The notes under the pieces are model-generated. The model was given only the letters and a program-made list of their open reading frames with translations. It did no database searches and was not told the origin of the DNA. A stretch of 41,804 bases of DNA, taken from positions 1 to 41,804 of the IMG/VR virus record IMGVR_UViG_3300043411_000280. One strand, written 5' to 3'. The position numbers and the translations under genes were made by a program. Source of the DNA: a virus (taxonomy: Duplodnaviria > Caudoviricetes). Of the stretch, positions 18,501 to 27,246 are shown one piece after another; within the stretch, counting starts at the first letter, position 1, and every line of letters starts with the position of its first letter.

Positions 18501-20759
18501 GATCGCAGCACTTGCCTCGAAGTCAGCAACGCGCAAGGATTCAGGGCGTTGGTTTTGGTTTGCCGCAGCTTGCAAGTCCTGAGCCGTGGCGGTACCACCA
18601 GCAGCAGGGTCGGTCTTGATGATGGCAGCAACGTCCACAACGCGGCCATCGGCCATCTGCGAGATGCCAGCACGCATGGCAGCCTCACGGGTTTCTGGCT
18701 CGATTTTCTCCACCACCTCGGCAGCCGTGTCCATGCGCGACTCCATCTCGGTGATCGCGTCTTGCAACATGCGGCCCTTGTCGGGTGTCATCACGTCGCC
18801 AAAAATGTCAGCCTGCGACGGGTTGCCCAAGTCTTGAAGGCGGTCGTAATACCCAGAAATCACGTCGGCAATCCGGCGTGAGCTGGTGATGTGACGGCCA
18901 AGCACGCTTAAAAGCAAACGGGCTTCTTCGGTCAACGCGTCGCCCAAGGCGTCCTGCTGGGCCAAGTAGGCGTCAACCGGCATAGCCATCTGGCGCAAGT
19001 TCTCGAACTGCTCCACCGCCATGCGAATGTCATCCGAGATCGACAGCGCGTACAACTCGCCACGACCGATGCCAGCCTCAGCGTCGGCAACAACACCAAC
19101 AGTGCGAGCCAGCGCAGAGGCAACGTTGCGGCTGCCCACGTTGGTGGACTCGACCAAACGCTCCAGAACAGGCGAGTCGCCATACGCACGGAACAGGGAA
19201 GCGTTGCGCAAACGCTGCAAGCCAGCCGAAGACAGCATGCCGTCAGCCGACATGAGCTCGTTTCGCTCACCGTCCGGCACAGCCTCAAGCCAGCGACGGA
19301 TGGCCGCGCGATTGCCTGCCACGTTGAAGTTGCCGTCCGCGTCCGATTCCAAACGAATGTCAGACAAACGCTCAGCGTCAACCTTGGCCTGCTCCAAAGC
19401 AGACATGGCAGTGGAGCCGCCCTCGTTTGACAGCATGGCTGCCTTCTTGACGTCAACCTGACGCGTAAAGCGACGGACCAGCACTGGGCGCTTGATACCT
19501 TGCGCTTGGGCAGGGTCGATGCCGAGCTCCTGCAATTTCGCCAACAAGGCAGCGCGGTAATCCTCACCCTTGCCGATTTCATACGCGCGTTGGATGAACA
19601 GCGTGCGGCCATTGCCACCAATGATGCGGCCATCCATGGCAATCGTCGGCGTGCCAACGTCCATGAGTGGGTTGTCCACAGACAGCAGCAACGACGGGTC
19701 TAGGTTGTTTGCACGGGTTTGCAGCTCGGCCTGATACGCGGCACGATTGCGGTCGCGGAACTGGTTGTCGGCTTTGTCGATTGTGGCGGTGAGCTGGTCA
19801 GCATCCACCACGGCCCACTGCGCAGGCTCGTATGTTTCGCCAACCTTCACACGGGCGTCGTTGCCAGTGACCATGCCAGCCGGTGGCACGATAACGTCAA
19901 GCGACGCGTCGGCATCAGGGAAACCCATAGCCTTGCGCATTTCGGGCGTGTACGTCTCCAGCACGCGAGCAACGTCGCGAGCATCCATACCCGTTGCGAT
20001 TTCGCGTTCTAAGCCGGTTACAAGCTCGATATCGTCCGTGGACATACCTTTGAACCTAGCCGACGGCAAAACGCGCCCTGTGGCCTTTCTGAACGCGTCC
20101 ACACCCACACCACCAAGACCAAGCACGCCGCCACCGAAGGCAGTGCCAAAAGCGATGTTGGCCACAGAGTCCATGGAATCGTAGTCATCGCCCAAGCTGC
20201 GACGCATACCAGCGTAGAGCGGCTCAAGCGCAGCAGTCGAAATGCCAGCATCAATGGCACCCAAACCAGCACGACCGCCAAAACGGGTCATGGCCGACGA
20301 CGACAAGCGAGCAGCCTCAAGGCTACGGGCAGCGCCAACGGCACGGGTCCAAGGCACAAACGCGGTGGCCAAGTTGATCGGGTCAGCCAAGCCAGCGCCA
20401 AACATGGCAACGCCACGAACAGCAGAGCCCATGTCCCACGGCGTGCGATCGCGCACATCCTTAGCAATGGTCAGCTCACGTTGACGACCAAGCACCACAT
20501 CAAGCTGTGCGTCGGTGTACTCGTTGTCCTTCGGCTTGAGAGACACAGCAAGGCCTGAGCCTTTGATTTTCTCGGCAGCGGCAACAGCAGACAGAGGCTC
20601 GCCGCCTTGGCGCTTCTTGTTCACCCAGTCCGCAGCCGTTGGGCCATACGACTCCAACCAAGCCTCGTCAACAGCAGCGCCCATCTTGGTGCCAAACGAT
20701 GGCTCGATGTCTTGAAGTGTTACGCGGTCGGTACCGCCTTGGTCGAAGTACAGGGTCAT
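12501..20759 (-). CDS. Giant internal virion (ejection) protein, polyvalent: DdrB-like ParB + ART-like + zincin peptidase + ART-PolyVal
   Basis: 2752 aa in the gp16-like position. Motifs: IIGGNGR..PVLVRR, WQGT..GEQAQAFGYGHYLA, LHEVGVH, FREWFG.S..DPLVMYHGT..GFYVT. The C-terminal QFKSF / GGGLGIYGDFLFG region is typical of podophage ejection proteins. Confidence 0.88.
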   Translation of the reverse strand: MTLYFDQGGTDRVTLQDIEPSFGTKMGAAVDEAWLESYGPTAADWVNKKRQGGEPLSAVAAAEKIKGSGLAVSLKPKDNEYTDAQLDVVLGRQRELTIAKDVRDRTPWDMGSAVRGVAMFGAGLADPINLATAFVPWTRAVGAARSLEAARLSSSAMTRFGGRAGLGAIDAGISTAALEPLYAGMRRSLGDDYDSMDSVANIAFGTAFGGGVLGLGGVGVDAFRKATGRVLPSARFKGMSTDDIELVTGLEREIATGMDARDVARVLETYTPEMRKAMGFPDADASLDVIVPPAGMVTGNDARVKVGETYEPAQWAVVDADQLTATIDKADNQFRDRNRAAYQAELQTRANNLDPSLLLSVDNPLMDVGTPTIAMDGRIIGGNGRTLFIQRAYEIGKGEDYRAALLAKLQELGIDPAQAQGIKRPVLVRRFTRQVDVKKAAMLSNEGGSTAMSALEQAKVDAERLSDIRLESDADGNFNVAGNRAAIRRWLEAVPDGERNELMSADGMLSSAGLQRLRNASLFRAYGDSPVLERLVESTNVGSRNVASALARTVGVVADAEAGIGRGELYALSISDDIRMAVEQFENLRQMAMPVDAYLAQQDALGDALTEEARLLLSVLGRHITSSRRIADVISGYYDRLQDLGNPSQADIFGDVMTPDKGRMLQDAITEMESRMDTAAEVVEKIEPETREAAMRAGISQMADGRVVDVAAIIKTDPAAGGTATAQDLQAAANQNQRPESLRVADFEASAAIDAENAAAPKWSGVADAQAAMDEADAMLADTIKAGDQAFKYSRGEAPGQKKATVWQGTTARFAAERDNPLGMFRWDKINSEFGEQAQAFGYGHYLAQQAWVSQTRYRQRLTERRLAQGRSYEVPDGAGGTLILNLITSAKTYVMPDGTLVHRNQKDQKLSAKAVAIQQVREFGYESAMRSFESRITSLEKDIDRGGRGFYLSKSDGEYLVLDPDGKEFSSERFATQEEAMVAADQYNVGFRKKGGNATPEALERMRNELAGLRLAKAAVEEVTFATPVTYDEARLEGEFADSSFYIDNDPLRGGADLYVQNSPFGFGNKNFASVDEAVQFIRDNAGRELNPAITDYMPPVPDDLRLRVMAGGQEITSNLSLYIEREADVSSGRVLPENIGKEATPRTSTIKGVNKVVQLDMLLERLNNEQAEKFVDGRQAAITELEQLISNGVTESTVELPGSLYRAEIPEDAFARMLLWEEPMGNQAPEVQELFADLGLAPFDPPVWQPVDGGFEIDRGVSGRVTVKELKQPSVQAILDQYGYQIYEAPAGSPDEWAFQFKDGSITYYSTLTDAEAVAIREWEVDSGAEDGRFAFYRQGNLAGNYATMDEAKAAAMDWLGVSDYTGEYAYRWLVDQINSGEFGDELADPIMEAHYEIATRRFPDENPIEAMDLANYEPSPEEVASVILSNNGVPGHLFFDGQSRAAGQGAYNLVVYADNVAKIVDRYARQTGELLRATDNPADMVQALRLSFGDSTEALLDAGLVRVVSTPDDIPGGPHPADVKAATAPNGLVYMVASNLSVAEAKGIMLHEVGVHVGMEQMLGRDVFDEVLGQLDDAIARGEDWAQRARSSVPADTAASLVREEQLAYLVQNAPELPIVQRIIAAVRAWAYRTFESARGRFQLTEADFRALAVSALHAAARNEQVSAQGLSPAFSRDLKQTATRAFREWFGKSELIDSAGDPLVMYHGTSESLESVDLGRAGSATDMGNMGTGFYVTPEDFIAETYARMAGGDRVVMPLFVRAENVLKLGTMDENYIAAVTRLTDEWGMQNKPQFDGTKQKNKAWADEFAAAAQARGFDAVGAYTPAGELFQLAVFREDAVKHATENTGQFSPTDKRLRYSRGETPDNAGENPEMKAADAKVERAKSYAKVLRAAADKLDNDAEAVAAMKSQVPDLMPEEIDDLLGQLRKQVQGLRGVTRSVRDAMGAEDAASGMQTEAMRAADMLANNLEMAAVIERRNTALNMNVRLKAASFVNQYKSKGLDFEGFAALLVGSQRVRAGARVSVDAEYKGFRGEFLGGMIADIEKLGLMREFVSGVFDRDVYDALWRLGQEKPDLTGLSPQAVQLAEIVNKYQTTARNRRNRFGAWIRDLQGYITRQSHDMFKIREATDAEWVDFVKDKLDLPKMMRLGLISETDPMGSLRALYDDFAAGVHMKSNPLEEDTVAMGKGSNLAKRESVSRALYFKDGVAAYEYNQRFGMGTLAESVVTGLDRSASAAALLKTLGTNPEATLTRLMDEYENSLVADPVRRAKFRERRGAILNLLAQVDGSVNIPGDVTAAKISSFARSWMSMAKLGGALVSSVSDLAGYAAELRYSEGKNMFEGVLDGMSRLTEGRAKNEKSDIVSSLGVFHESVAGAVSARFDNPDLVAGKMAAAMQQFFKLNGLNWWTETLRDGAALQHSHYMALQAGKKFDGLDPELQRLLTLYNIDAKKWDLLRIGTMQMADGRAYMTPEALRTVPRAALENYITEVGRTVSDASVANLLDDLSQALRVMAVDRAHHAVLEPSARSRAWMLRGSRPGTVQGELLRFIGQFKSFSVAMTQMVLGREVYGRGYDTVGEYIKNGRGDMVGLASMIGMYGALGYAAMAGKDLLKGREPRDPTDPKTIVAALAQGGGLGIYGDFLFGEYSRMGRTFTSSLAGPVIGNLDTLTDLWTRLRNGDDVAAASFKALLDNTPFLNLYWIRPLLDYMVLYRIQESLNPGFLRRMERRIERENGQSYILPPSQVAF
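15149..18383. repeat. 22-bp imperfect direct repeats (15149-15170 and 18362-18383) encoding YSRGE(T/A)P
   Basis: CAGGCGTCTCACCGCGTGAGTA vs CAGGCGCTTCGCCGCGTGAGTA, 19/22 identical and in the same reading frame. Confidence 0.8.
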
Positions 20760-20767
20760 GACGCCTC

Positions 20768-23374
20768 TTATTTGGCTTGTTGCATTTGCTGCTCAATCTT
20801 GCGGGTACCAGCGGCCAAAGACTCGCGGTAAGTGCGCTGCGCAGCTCTGGCCCTATTATGCGGCTGAGCGGCCAACTCGGCCATGTTTGTTGCAGCATCG
20901 AACGGAACTTCTACCTGCTGCCCGTTTTGCATGACACGGAAGAACTCGCCGTTTTTACCTTTAACCCAGAGCTGGGCAGCCGTGGTGTCGTTGTTGGCAA
21001 GCCAGAAGTGACGCGATGCCACAGAATTGCGCCATTCGATCAGCGCCTCGGTACCGGTGCGAGCGCCCGTGATATCCACAGGAACGTCCGTCTCAGTCAG
21101 CGCAGGCAGCACCGTGCTTTGCAAAGTCTTGCTCAGGCCACCAGTGACAGCGCCAGGACTGACGCCAGCAGGCATACGCAAGGTGCCGTCGAATTGGTAC
21201 TTGCCAATCAGCATCTGGCGAGCAGCATCAGCAGCAGCGCCGCCGTTCTTGTGCACACCACGCGCGGCAAAGTCAATCGCAACACGCTCCATCATTTCCT
21301 GATAGGCCGACATTTGCTCAGCGCCAGCCTTGCCAATCGGACCAGCCGACAAACGGAACTCGGCGATGTGGTCAGTGACCTTGGCCTTGATATCCTTCAA
21401 CATGCCAGCATCAACGCCAGCATCCAAGTCCGAACGCTTGACGGCAGACAGACGAGAAACGGTCTCACGCGCATCAGCAGCAGGCAGGTCAGGAATGATC
21501 ATCATGGCCGGTGGCAACTTGCTGTCCTGCATGAGCTCACGCATCACCATCGGGAAGTACTGCTTGCCATACTGAGCCTCAAGCGCAGCGGTCAGGTCAG
21601 CGGCAGATTCGTCGCCTTTGGCAATACGAACACCCAAGTCGTCCACAGCAGCCTTTGACAGCACGCGCGGATTGCGCACGCCCATGGTTTGCTGAGCCGC
21701 CAACGTTTGACGGGTAAACGCCTGCGTTGCCACAGCCTGCTCCTCGGGCGTCTTGGCATTCAGCATCGAGCGCATGGACTCAGTGACTGCCGGAACGTTC
21801 TTGGCCGCGTAGCCAGCAGGGTCTGCATTGCGCTGTTGCAGGATTGACGCAGCCGCTTGTTGGCGCACCTTGTCGCGAGCATCCTCAGCGGCATAGCCAG
21901 CACCAGCCACAGCACGAACGACACCACCAGAGGCAACAGCCTCAAGCGTGCGATTGTCGGCACCTTTGAACGACGACACGTCGCGAGCAAGCTGCTGCGT
22001 GCGCGTGTACTCGGCAAACGCCACAGCACCATCAACGCCAAGAGGAGCAAACGACTCAGCGGTCAACGGCTGAGGGTCCAAGATACCGTCCTTGGCCATG
22101 GCAGATGAATCAGCCAACCGGCCACGCAAAGCCTGCGCAGCCACAGCGGTGTTTTGCTTGATGGCCGAATCAGCCGCACGACGCAACTGCAAACGCTTGT
22201 CATACGACAACGCCATGAACGAGCCAGGCGACGTGGGCATGACGGCATCATCAGCCGACGGCAACGCGCCAGCCGAGGCTTTCTCGTGGGCAGACAAGCG
22301 ACGCATCCACGACTTGCCTTCTGCCTCGGTGTACTTGCCAGACGCGATCAGCGACTCGTAGTGAGCGCGACGCAACTCATTGAAGCGCACAGGGTCGCCG
22401 CCAGATTCGGCAATCCACTTGTTCGCATTGGCCACGCCCTGATTGGCAGCCGCATCCATGGCGGTAGCTTGCAGCTCAGGCGGCAGCGCGTCACCGTTGA
22501 TCTTGTCCCAGTAGCGCTGCTTGTAGATTTCCACCGCCTTCTCGCGGGTCAAGCCTTTGACGTCAATGTCTGGGTTTGCCTTCTGGTTGATACCGAAGTT
22601 GGCAGGAGCACCGGACGTGCCGTCCACCTTGGTGTAGCCACCCTCGTTCTTTAGCAATAGGTCAATCGAATGATTGAAGCCACCAGAACCAGAGACGCCA
22701 GCGCCATCAACTGGCATCGAGCCAAAGCGACGCGCATAGTACCCACTTGGGTCAGCGGCCAGCTCGGACTGCTCTGCGGCCATGTTGGCCTGCTCGGAAA
22801 ACTTCAACGAAATCTCGCGACGCTTGGCAGGGTCAATGCGGCCAATGGACTCGATCACAGCCACGCGCCGGTTAATGATTTCCTCGCGACGGCTTGGGTC
22901 CGCAAACACGGACTGCACGTCAGCATCGATGCCTTCTTGCGTCGACTGCAGCACAGAGTTTGTGATTGTGCGCTCTTGATGCATGAACGCCTCACGATCG
23001 AGGCGGCTCTTCATTTGGATTGCGTTTTGCTGGAAATACATCTGGGCCTTGCGAGTCGGCAGCTTGCTCGCCGTCTCTTGGGTCCATGTGTCGAAGTCCT
23101 TGGTCACGGACTCGCGCAAGTCAGGGTCGCCAGGCTTCCACGCATTTGCACGCTCGGTGAACTGGTCACGCCATTGCACGTCACCCTTTGATAAAGCGTT
23201 AGACGCCTCAAGCGCACCACGGTCCTCCATCTCCTGCTCGGCAAACTGACCAAGCGCACGGCCAACGCCTGCGATAGCTTGGCCGGTAGACGCAACCTGC
23301 GCACCTTGGGCACGCGGTGTCACGCCAACGCCAGAAGGCAGGACGCGACGTTCATAAACTGGAATTGTTGCCAT
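20768..23374 (-). CDS. Internal virion protein with a GH108 muramidase domain
   Basis: EGGY..D..GAPANFGINQ, IYKQRYWD and DAAANQG (GH108 lysozyme motifs) embedded in an 868-aa helical protein. Confidence 0.82.
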   Translation of the reverse strand: MATIPVYERRVLPSGVGVTPRAQGAQVASTGQAIAGVGRALGQFAEQEMEDRGALEASNALSKGDVQWRDQFTERANAWKPGDPDLRESVTKDFDTWTQETASKLPTRKAQMYFQQNAIQMKSRLDREAFMHQERTITNSVLQSTQEGIDADVQSVFADPSRREEIINRRVAVIESIGRIDPAKRREISLKFSEQANMAAEQSELAADPSGYYARRFGSMPVDGAGVSGSGGFNHSIDLLLKNEGGYTKVDGTSGAPANFGINQKANPDIDVKGLTREKAVEIYKQRYWDKINGDALPPELQATAMDAAANQGVANANKWIAESGGDPVRFNELRRAHYESLIASGKYTEAEGKSWMRRLSAHEKASAGALPSADDAVMPTSPGSFMALSYDKRLQLRRAADSAIKQNTAVAAQALRGRLADSSAMAKDGILDPQPLTAESFAPLGVDGAVAFAEYTRTQQLARDVSSFKGADNRTLEAVASGGVVRAVAGAGYAAEDARDKVRQQAAASILQQRNADPAGYAAKNVPAVTESMRSMLNAKTPEEQAVATQAFTRQTLAAQQTMGVRNPRVLSKAAVDDLGVRIAKGDESAADLTAALEAQYGKQYFPMVMRELMQDSKLPPAMMIIPDLPAADARETVSRLSAVKRSDLDAGVDAGMLKDIKAKVTDHIAEFRLSAGPIGKAGAEQMSAYQEMMERVAIDFAARGVHKNGGAAADAARQMLIGKYQFDGTLRMPAGVSPGAVTGGLSKTLQSTVLPALTETDVPVDITGARTGTEALIEWRNSVASRHFWLANNDTTAAQLWVKGKNGEFFRVMQNGQQVEVPFDAATNMAELAAQPHNRARAAQRTYRESLAAGTRKIEQQMQQAK

Positions 23375-23383
23375 GTGTTGTCC

Positions 23384-23959
23384 TTAGTAGCGCAAGCCGA
23401 TGCCGCCAGTTGGTTTAAAACCAGCAGAGCCGGCAGCCTTCAATCCGGTACCGGTCGAGCCAGCAGTCGTGGTCATGCCAGGCATCTTTGTGTAGGCATA
23501 CGCGGACGCCATGGAAGTGGCAGCCGACAGGTACGACGCACGCTTGGTCTGCTTGGCAGCCTCGCGATTTGACGCGGCCTGAAACTTGGTTAGCTCGGAT
23601 TGCTGCATTAAGCCCTGACGATTTAACTCACCCTCATAGCGAATGGCCAACGCGTCCTCTTCCGATTCCTTGTAGGACTGGTTGAGCAGGTCCAGCGCAG
23701 AGCCGGTCATTTTCAAACCAGCCTGAGCGGTACCAGCCACCTGTTTGCCAATCAATGCACGGGCCTGCTTGCGTTGCAAGTCCTCGCGCTGGCTGGCTTG
23801 ACGAGCAACCTCGTCGGCCTGTTGCGCCTGAATCGCAGCGTTGAAGTCGTCGGCGCGTGCCTGACTTTCAAGCTGGGCAGCTTGCGCGCGGCCTTGTTGA
23901 ATTGCACCAACGGCTTGCATGCCGCCAGCGATGAGCATTAGCGTTGCTGGATCAGCCAT
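23384..23959 (-). CDS. Small internal virion / ejection protein (gp14-like)
   Basis: MADPATLMLIAGG.., Ala/Gln-rich coiled coil, G.Q.A..AQAGL..TGSALD; position after the gp13-like gene. Confidence 0.8.
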   Translation of the reverse strand: MADPATLMLIAGGMQAVGAIQQGRAQAAQLESQARADDFNAAIQAQQADEVARQASQREDLQRKQARALIGKQVAGTAQAGLKMTGSALDLLNQSYKESEEDALAIRYEGELNRQGLMQQSELTKFQAASNREAAKQTKRASYLSAATSMASAYAYTKMPGMTTTAGSTGTGLKAAGSAGFKPTGGIGLRY

Positions 23960-24386
23960 GTCGCACCCTCGCGTATAAATCGTTATCCACACCATCGGCT
24001 GAGAACGCACGCATGCGGCCCTCAAACTCGAAACCCAGCAAGCGAATCATGCGATGCGCCTGCTCAAAATCAGACTGCACAGCGGCCTCAATACGACGCC
24101 ACGGTGCCTGCTTTAAAAAACCATCCACAGCACGGATGAAACCAAAGAAGTGACGACCAGCATCAGCCGAGATCATGGACCACGCATAAGCTCGGTTCTC
24201 CCACATCTCAAGGCACCCAGCACAGGCAATCACCCTGCCGTCAGCGAGCACGGCAAACGCATAGTCAGTGTTGGCCAAAGACTCCGCGTACTCCTCGCTT
24301 GCGATTGTCGTCGAAAGTCCCGCCTGCATCGGTTGCAAACGCAACTCGCGCAGGTGGTGGGGCTTCATCTTCACAATCTGAATCAT
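23952..24386 (-). CDS. GNAT-fold virion assembly protein (T7 gp13-like)
   Basis: RIEAAVQSDFEQAHRMIRLLGFEFEG GNAT motif; lies between the nozzle and the ejection genes. Confidence 0.78.
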   Translation of the reverse strand: MIQIVKMKPHHLRELRLQPMQAGLSTTIASEEYAESLANTDYAFAVLADGRVIACAGCLEMWENRAYAWSMISADAGRHFFGFIRAVDGFLKQAPWRRIEAAVQSDFEQAHRMIRLLGFEFEGRMRAFSADGVDNDLYARVRHG

Positions 24387-26596
24387 CGCGAATCCTGCGT
24401 GACAACTTGCGGGTAGATGGCCACCAGCGTGCAGGGCGTGGGCTGATCAACCATGACGTAGATTTGCGCCTCGGTCTCGTAGCCAGAAGGCCATGCCACC
24501 AGCTTGTCACCAGTGAACAACGGTGGCGCAACGGTCATGGCATCACCAGGCACACGGAACTCAACAAGCTGCGTGTTGTTTGCATTTGGCCCAACCTTGA
24601 TGGTGCCTGACATGAGCAAGCGAAAAGCAACCTTGTGCATGCGCTTGGTCTTACCCTGCGACGTGCCATCAGAGCCACCGGCCTCAATGCGAACCGTCTT
24701 CAACTTGGCTGGGCATGGCAGGCCAACTTGCACCTTTGTTGCGGACACCTGCAATTCGATAGCGCCAGAAGTAACGACCACCTGCGGGTGCGTCGCTCCA
24801 TCGGCCAGTACGTCAACAGTTGCGCCTTCAAGATGGGACAAGCCTGTAATTGTGGTCGCCGCCACGCCTGAGTACGTGAGGCCTGAATCAACATAGAACG
24901 AGTCCTTCTGGTCACCGGTGTAGCTGATCGGGTTTTCAAGATACTCGATGTAGCGCTTGGTCGATCCATTGATCGTGCGCAACACGCTCATCCATGTCTG
25001 ATCGCCAGTGCCATCAGGTCGTGGGATGACGGCCACGGATTCAACCTTGCCATTGCCACCAAGCTGGTGACGGTGCCAGCCCTTGACCTGCTCCTCGTTG
25101 TTCCATGTGAAGCCCAGCAGCAAACCGTCAGAGCGAACACACCACACAACAGAATTGGGGTCGCTGGCATAGTCCATGTCGATGACACCGCCAGCCGTGA
25201 TGTGCTCAGAAATCGTGGTGACGTCCTGAGCCTTTAAAGCTGAGTCCACAGAATCAAACGTGAACTCGCGCAGCTTTAAGCCAGCACGCATCACGAGCAA
25301 CGACGAGCTACCAGAGGAAACGGGCTGCATTGCGCGAACGCCAAAGCGAGACTGCAAAACAGCCTGCACGTTGTCTGGGCCAATTGGGTCGCCGTTCGAA
25401 AGCTCACCCACAGCAAACTCACCACCAGCGGTACCGGCAATGAGCTGCTTGTCAGGGTGTAGCCATTGAATGTCGTTCACCTCACCGCTGGCCACCTCAA
25501 TGGACACGGCCATGTCGGTCGTCACTTCACCCGCGTCGTTTTGACCAGAGAAGTCAGAGAAGTCAGCAGAAACCGACATCCACACCCGCTGGTTTCGACC
25601 GAAGCAAAGACGCTCACGGAAAAACGCCACGGACGATGGCCAACCCTCAACGGAAGACCATGCGCCATGTGACCAACGAGTACTTGCATTGCCTGAGCCA
25701 ACGCAGCCGGACGGCAAGCGAGACAGCACAGTGGCCGACACTTGCGTGGCCGACGTGTAGCCGGTGATTTTTACCCAGCCAAAGCCAGCATCACGGAACG
25801 CCCACAAGATGCCAGGATCGCCGTCGTATCGCTCGCCAGACGAGTGCACAGGCTTGACCGTGCCACCAGTGCCAGTGGTCATAGCCTCGTAGTACTTACT
25901 GTCGGACCGGCGACGCACGCCAGTTGCAGCGATGGCCTTGTTAACCTCCCACGCTGGGATGGTGTCGGCGTTTTTCGATTCGATGTAGAACAGCGAACCA
26001 ACGTGTCCAGACTGGAAAATGGCAGACGAAGCCGTCACGGTGATGTTGCCGGTTTCGGCAGAGCCGTACACGGTCACGGTCTCGTCGGGATTGGTACCGA
26101 TGAACGGGCCACCCTTGGCCTCAAACAAATCAAGCGTGAACGTGGTCGAGCTTGTGCGCTTCAACACGCGCGGCTGATACAGCGGGTGCGTGATGTACAA
26201 AAAGTCGCCAGACTGAGCAAAGCGCAAACGACAAGTGCCGTCGGCATTAAACAGGTTTGCCTGCGTGTAAGGCGTGGCCACCTCAACAGGAGAGCCGCCA
26301 GACACAAGCTGGCCGTTGTTCGTGTAGAACCGGATGTACTGGTCGCCAAACTCAATCACATAAGCCGTGTCAGCCGAGTACTCGAACGGGTGAAGGTGAA
26401 CCTTGTTGGCCGCAGTCTTGACTGGCGCAACATAGCGCGTGCCAGCGCGACGGATGGCCGGACCTTGCACCGTTGGAATCCAGTTCTCAACGAGCACGCA
26501 ACCATTGGCATAACGCTCGAAATCGATGCGGCCCTCAAGCAAAGGCGAGAACTCGCCCGAGTTGAAGTTGGTGATTGCTGGGGATGCCTTGCTCAT
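24383..26596 (-). CDS. Tail tubular protein B (nozzle)
   Basis: NFNSGEFSPLL.GR.D, RRAGT.YV, GWPSSVAFFRERL, GWHRH, GKTKR; 737 aa. Confidence 0.9.
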   Translation of the reverse strand: MSKASPAITNFNSGEFSPLLEGRIDFERYANGCVLVENWIPTVQGPAIRRAGTRYVAPVKTAANKVHLHPFEYSADTAYVIEFGDQYIRFYTNNGQLVSGGSPVEVATPYTQANLFNADGTCRLRFAQSGDFLYITHPLYQPRVLKRTSSTTFTLDLFEAKGGPFIGTNPDETVTVYGSAETGNITVTASSAIFQSGHVGSLFYIESKNADTIPAWEVNKAIAATGVRRRSDSKYYEAMTTGTGGTVKPVHSSGERYDGDPGILWAFRDAGFGWVKITGYTSATQVSATVLSRLPSGCVGSGNASTRWSHGAWSSVEGWPSSVAFFRERLCFGRNQRVWMSVSADFSDFSGQNDAGEVTTDMAVSIEVASGEVNDIQWLHPDKQLIAGTAGGEFAVGELSNGDPIGPDNVQAVLQSRFGVRAMQPVSSGSSSLLVMRAGLKLREFTFDSVDSALKAQDVTTISEHITAGGVIDMDYASDPNSVVWCVRSDGLLLGFTWNNEEQVKGWHRHQLGGNGKVESVAVIPRPDGTGDQTWMSVLRTINGSTKRYIEYLENPISYTGDQKDSFYVDSGLTYSGVAATTITGLSHLEGATVDVLADGATHPQVVVTSGAIELQVSATKVQVGLPCPAKLKTVRIEAGGSDGTSQGKTKRMHKVAFRLLMSGTIKVGPNANNTQLVEFRVPGDAMTVAPPLFTGDKLVAWPSGYETEAQIYVMVDQPTPCTLVAIYPQVVTQDSR

Positions 26597-27246
26597 AGGA
26601 CCGTCACGCCAGAGCTGATGTTGATCAAGGTGCCGTCGATCACGGTACCAGAGTAGACAAGGCTGCTCTCACGCGAATCGAACCACGTGCCAGTTGGCAG
26701 CTCGTCCGGCTCGGTCTCAACAGCGTCAAGGCGCACAGCCTCAGTCACCGCGAAGTTGTACTCCTCGCCAGCCATCTGACGCTTCTGCGTGGACTGGGTC
26801 AGCGTTTCGCAGCATTCGAGCGCCAGCTTGCAAGCGAACACTTCGACAAACAGAGGGTCGAGCAACGAGAACTCGGTGATCTTCTTGATGTAGCGGAACT
26901 TAAGAGGCGCAGGCAAATCGGTCAGAATTTCGCCACCCTCAATGGTCCACGGCACGGTCTGCTTTGTGGCACGCACGCGAATGTCGTTCACTTGCACCAA
27001 GGCAAGGTAGTCGGCAGGCAGCGTGTACGCGTATTGGTAGCCCCAAGCAGGAGCCGCAACCAAAGCAGGCAGCGTGGTGCGAGCCACGGCAAACTTCCAA
27101 CGATGACGACGCAGCTCGGCGTAGAACACCGTGTCGAACATTGAGTTAAGGGTGCGTGCCTCTTTGGTCTGGTCAGCCAGCGAGAGGATGCGGTCTGCGC
27201 CCAGCTTTGTGAGCGCACGGTTTGCGATTTCGACCTTTGATGCCAT
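26593..27246 (-). CDS. Tail tubular protein A (adaptor)
   Basis: SKVEIANRALTKLG, H.WKFA, Y.LPAD.L, DPLFVE.F...LA. Confidence 0.9.
   Translation of the reverse strand: MASKVEIANRALTKLGADRILSLADQTKEARTLNSMFDTVFYAELRRHRWKFAVARTTLPALVAAPAWGYQYAYTLPADYLALVQVNDIRVRATKQTVPWTIEGGEILTDLPAPLKFRYIKKITEFSLLDPLFVEVFACKLALECCETLTQSTQKRQMAGEEYNFAVTEAVRLDAVETEPDELPTGTWFDSRESSLVYSGTVIDGTLINISSGVTVL

Noticed and set aside
13116-22654. Long + strand ORFs opposite the ejection genes (e.g. 15219-16616, 16623-17489, 20777-21658)
   Set aside because: Antisense shadow ORFs typical of GC-rich coding DNA, with no SD, no motifs and unnatural composition. The same applies to 33957-34976, 37591-38802 and 39429-40631.
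23952-24386. GNAT toxin or antibiotic acetyltransferase
   Set aside because: It sits in the conserved gp13-like slot between nozzle and ejection proteins and has no antitoxin partner.
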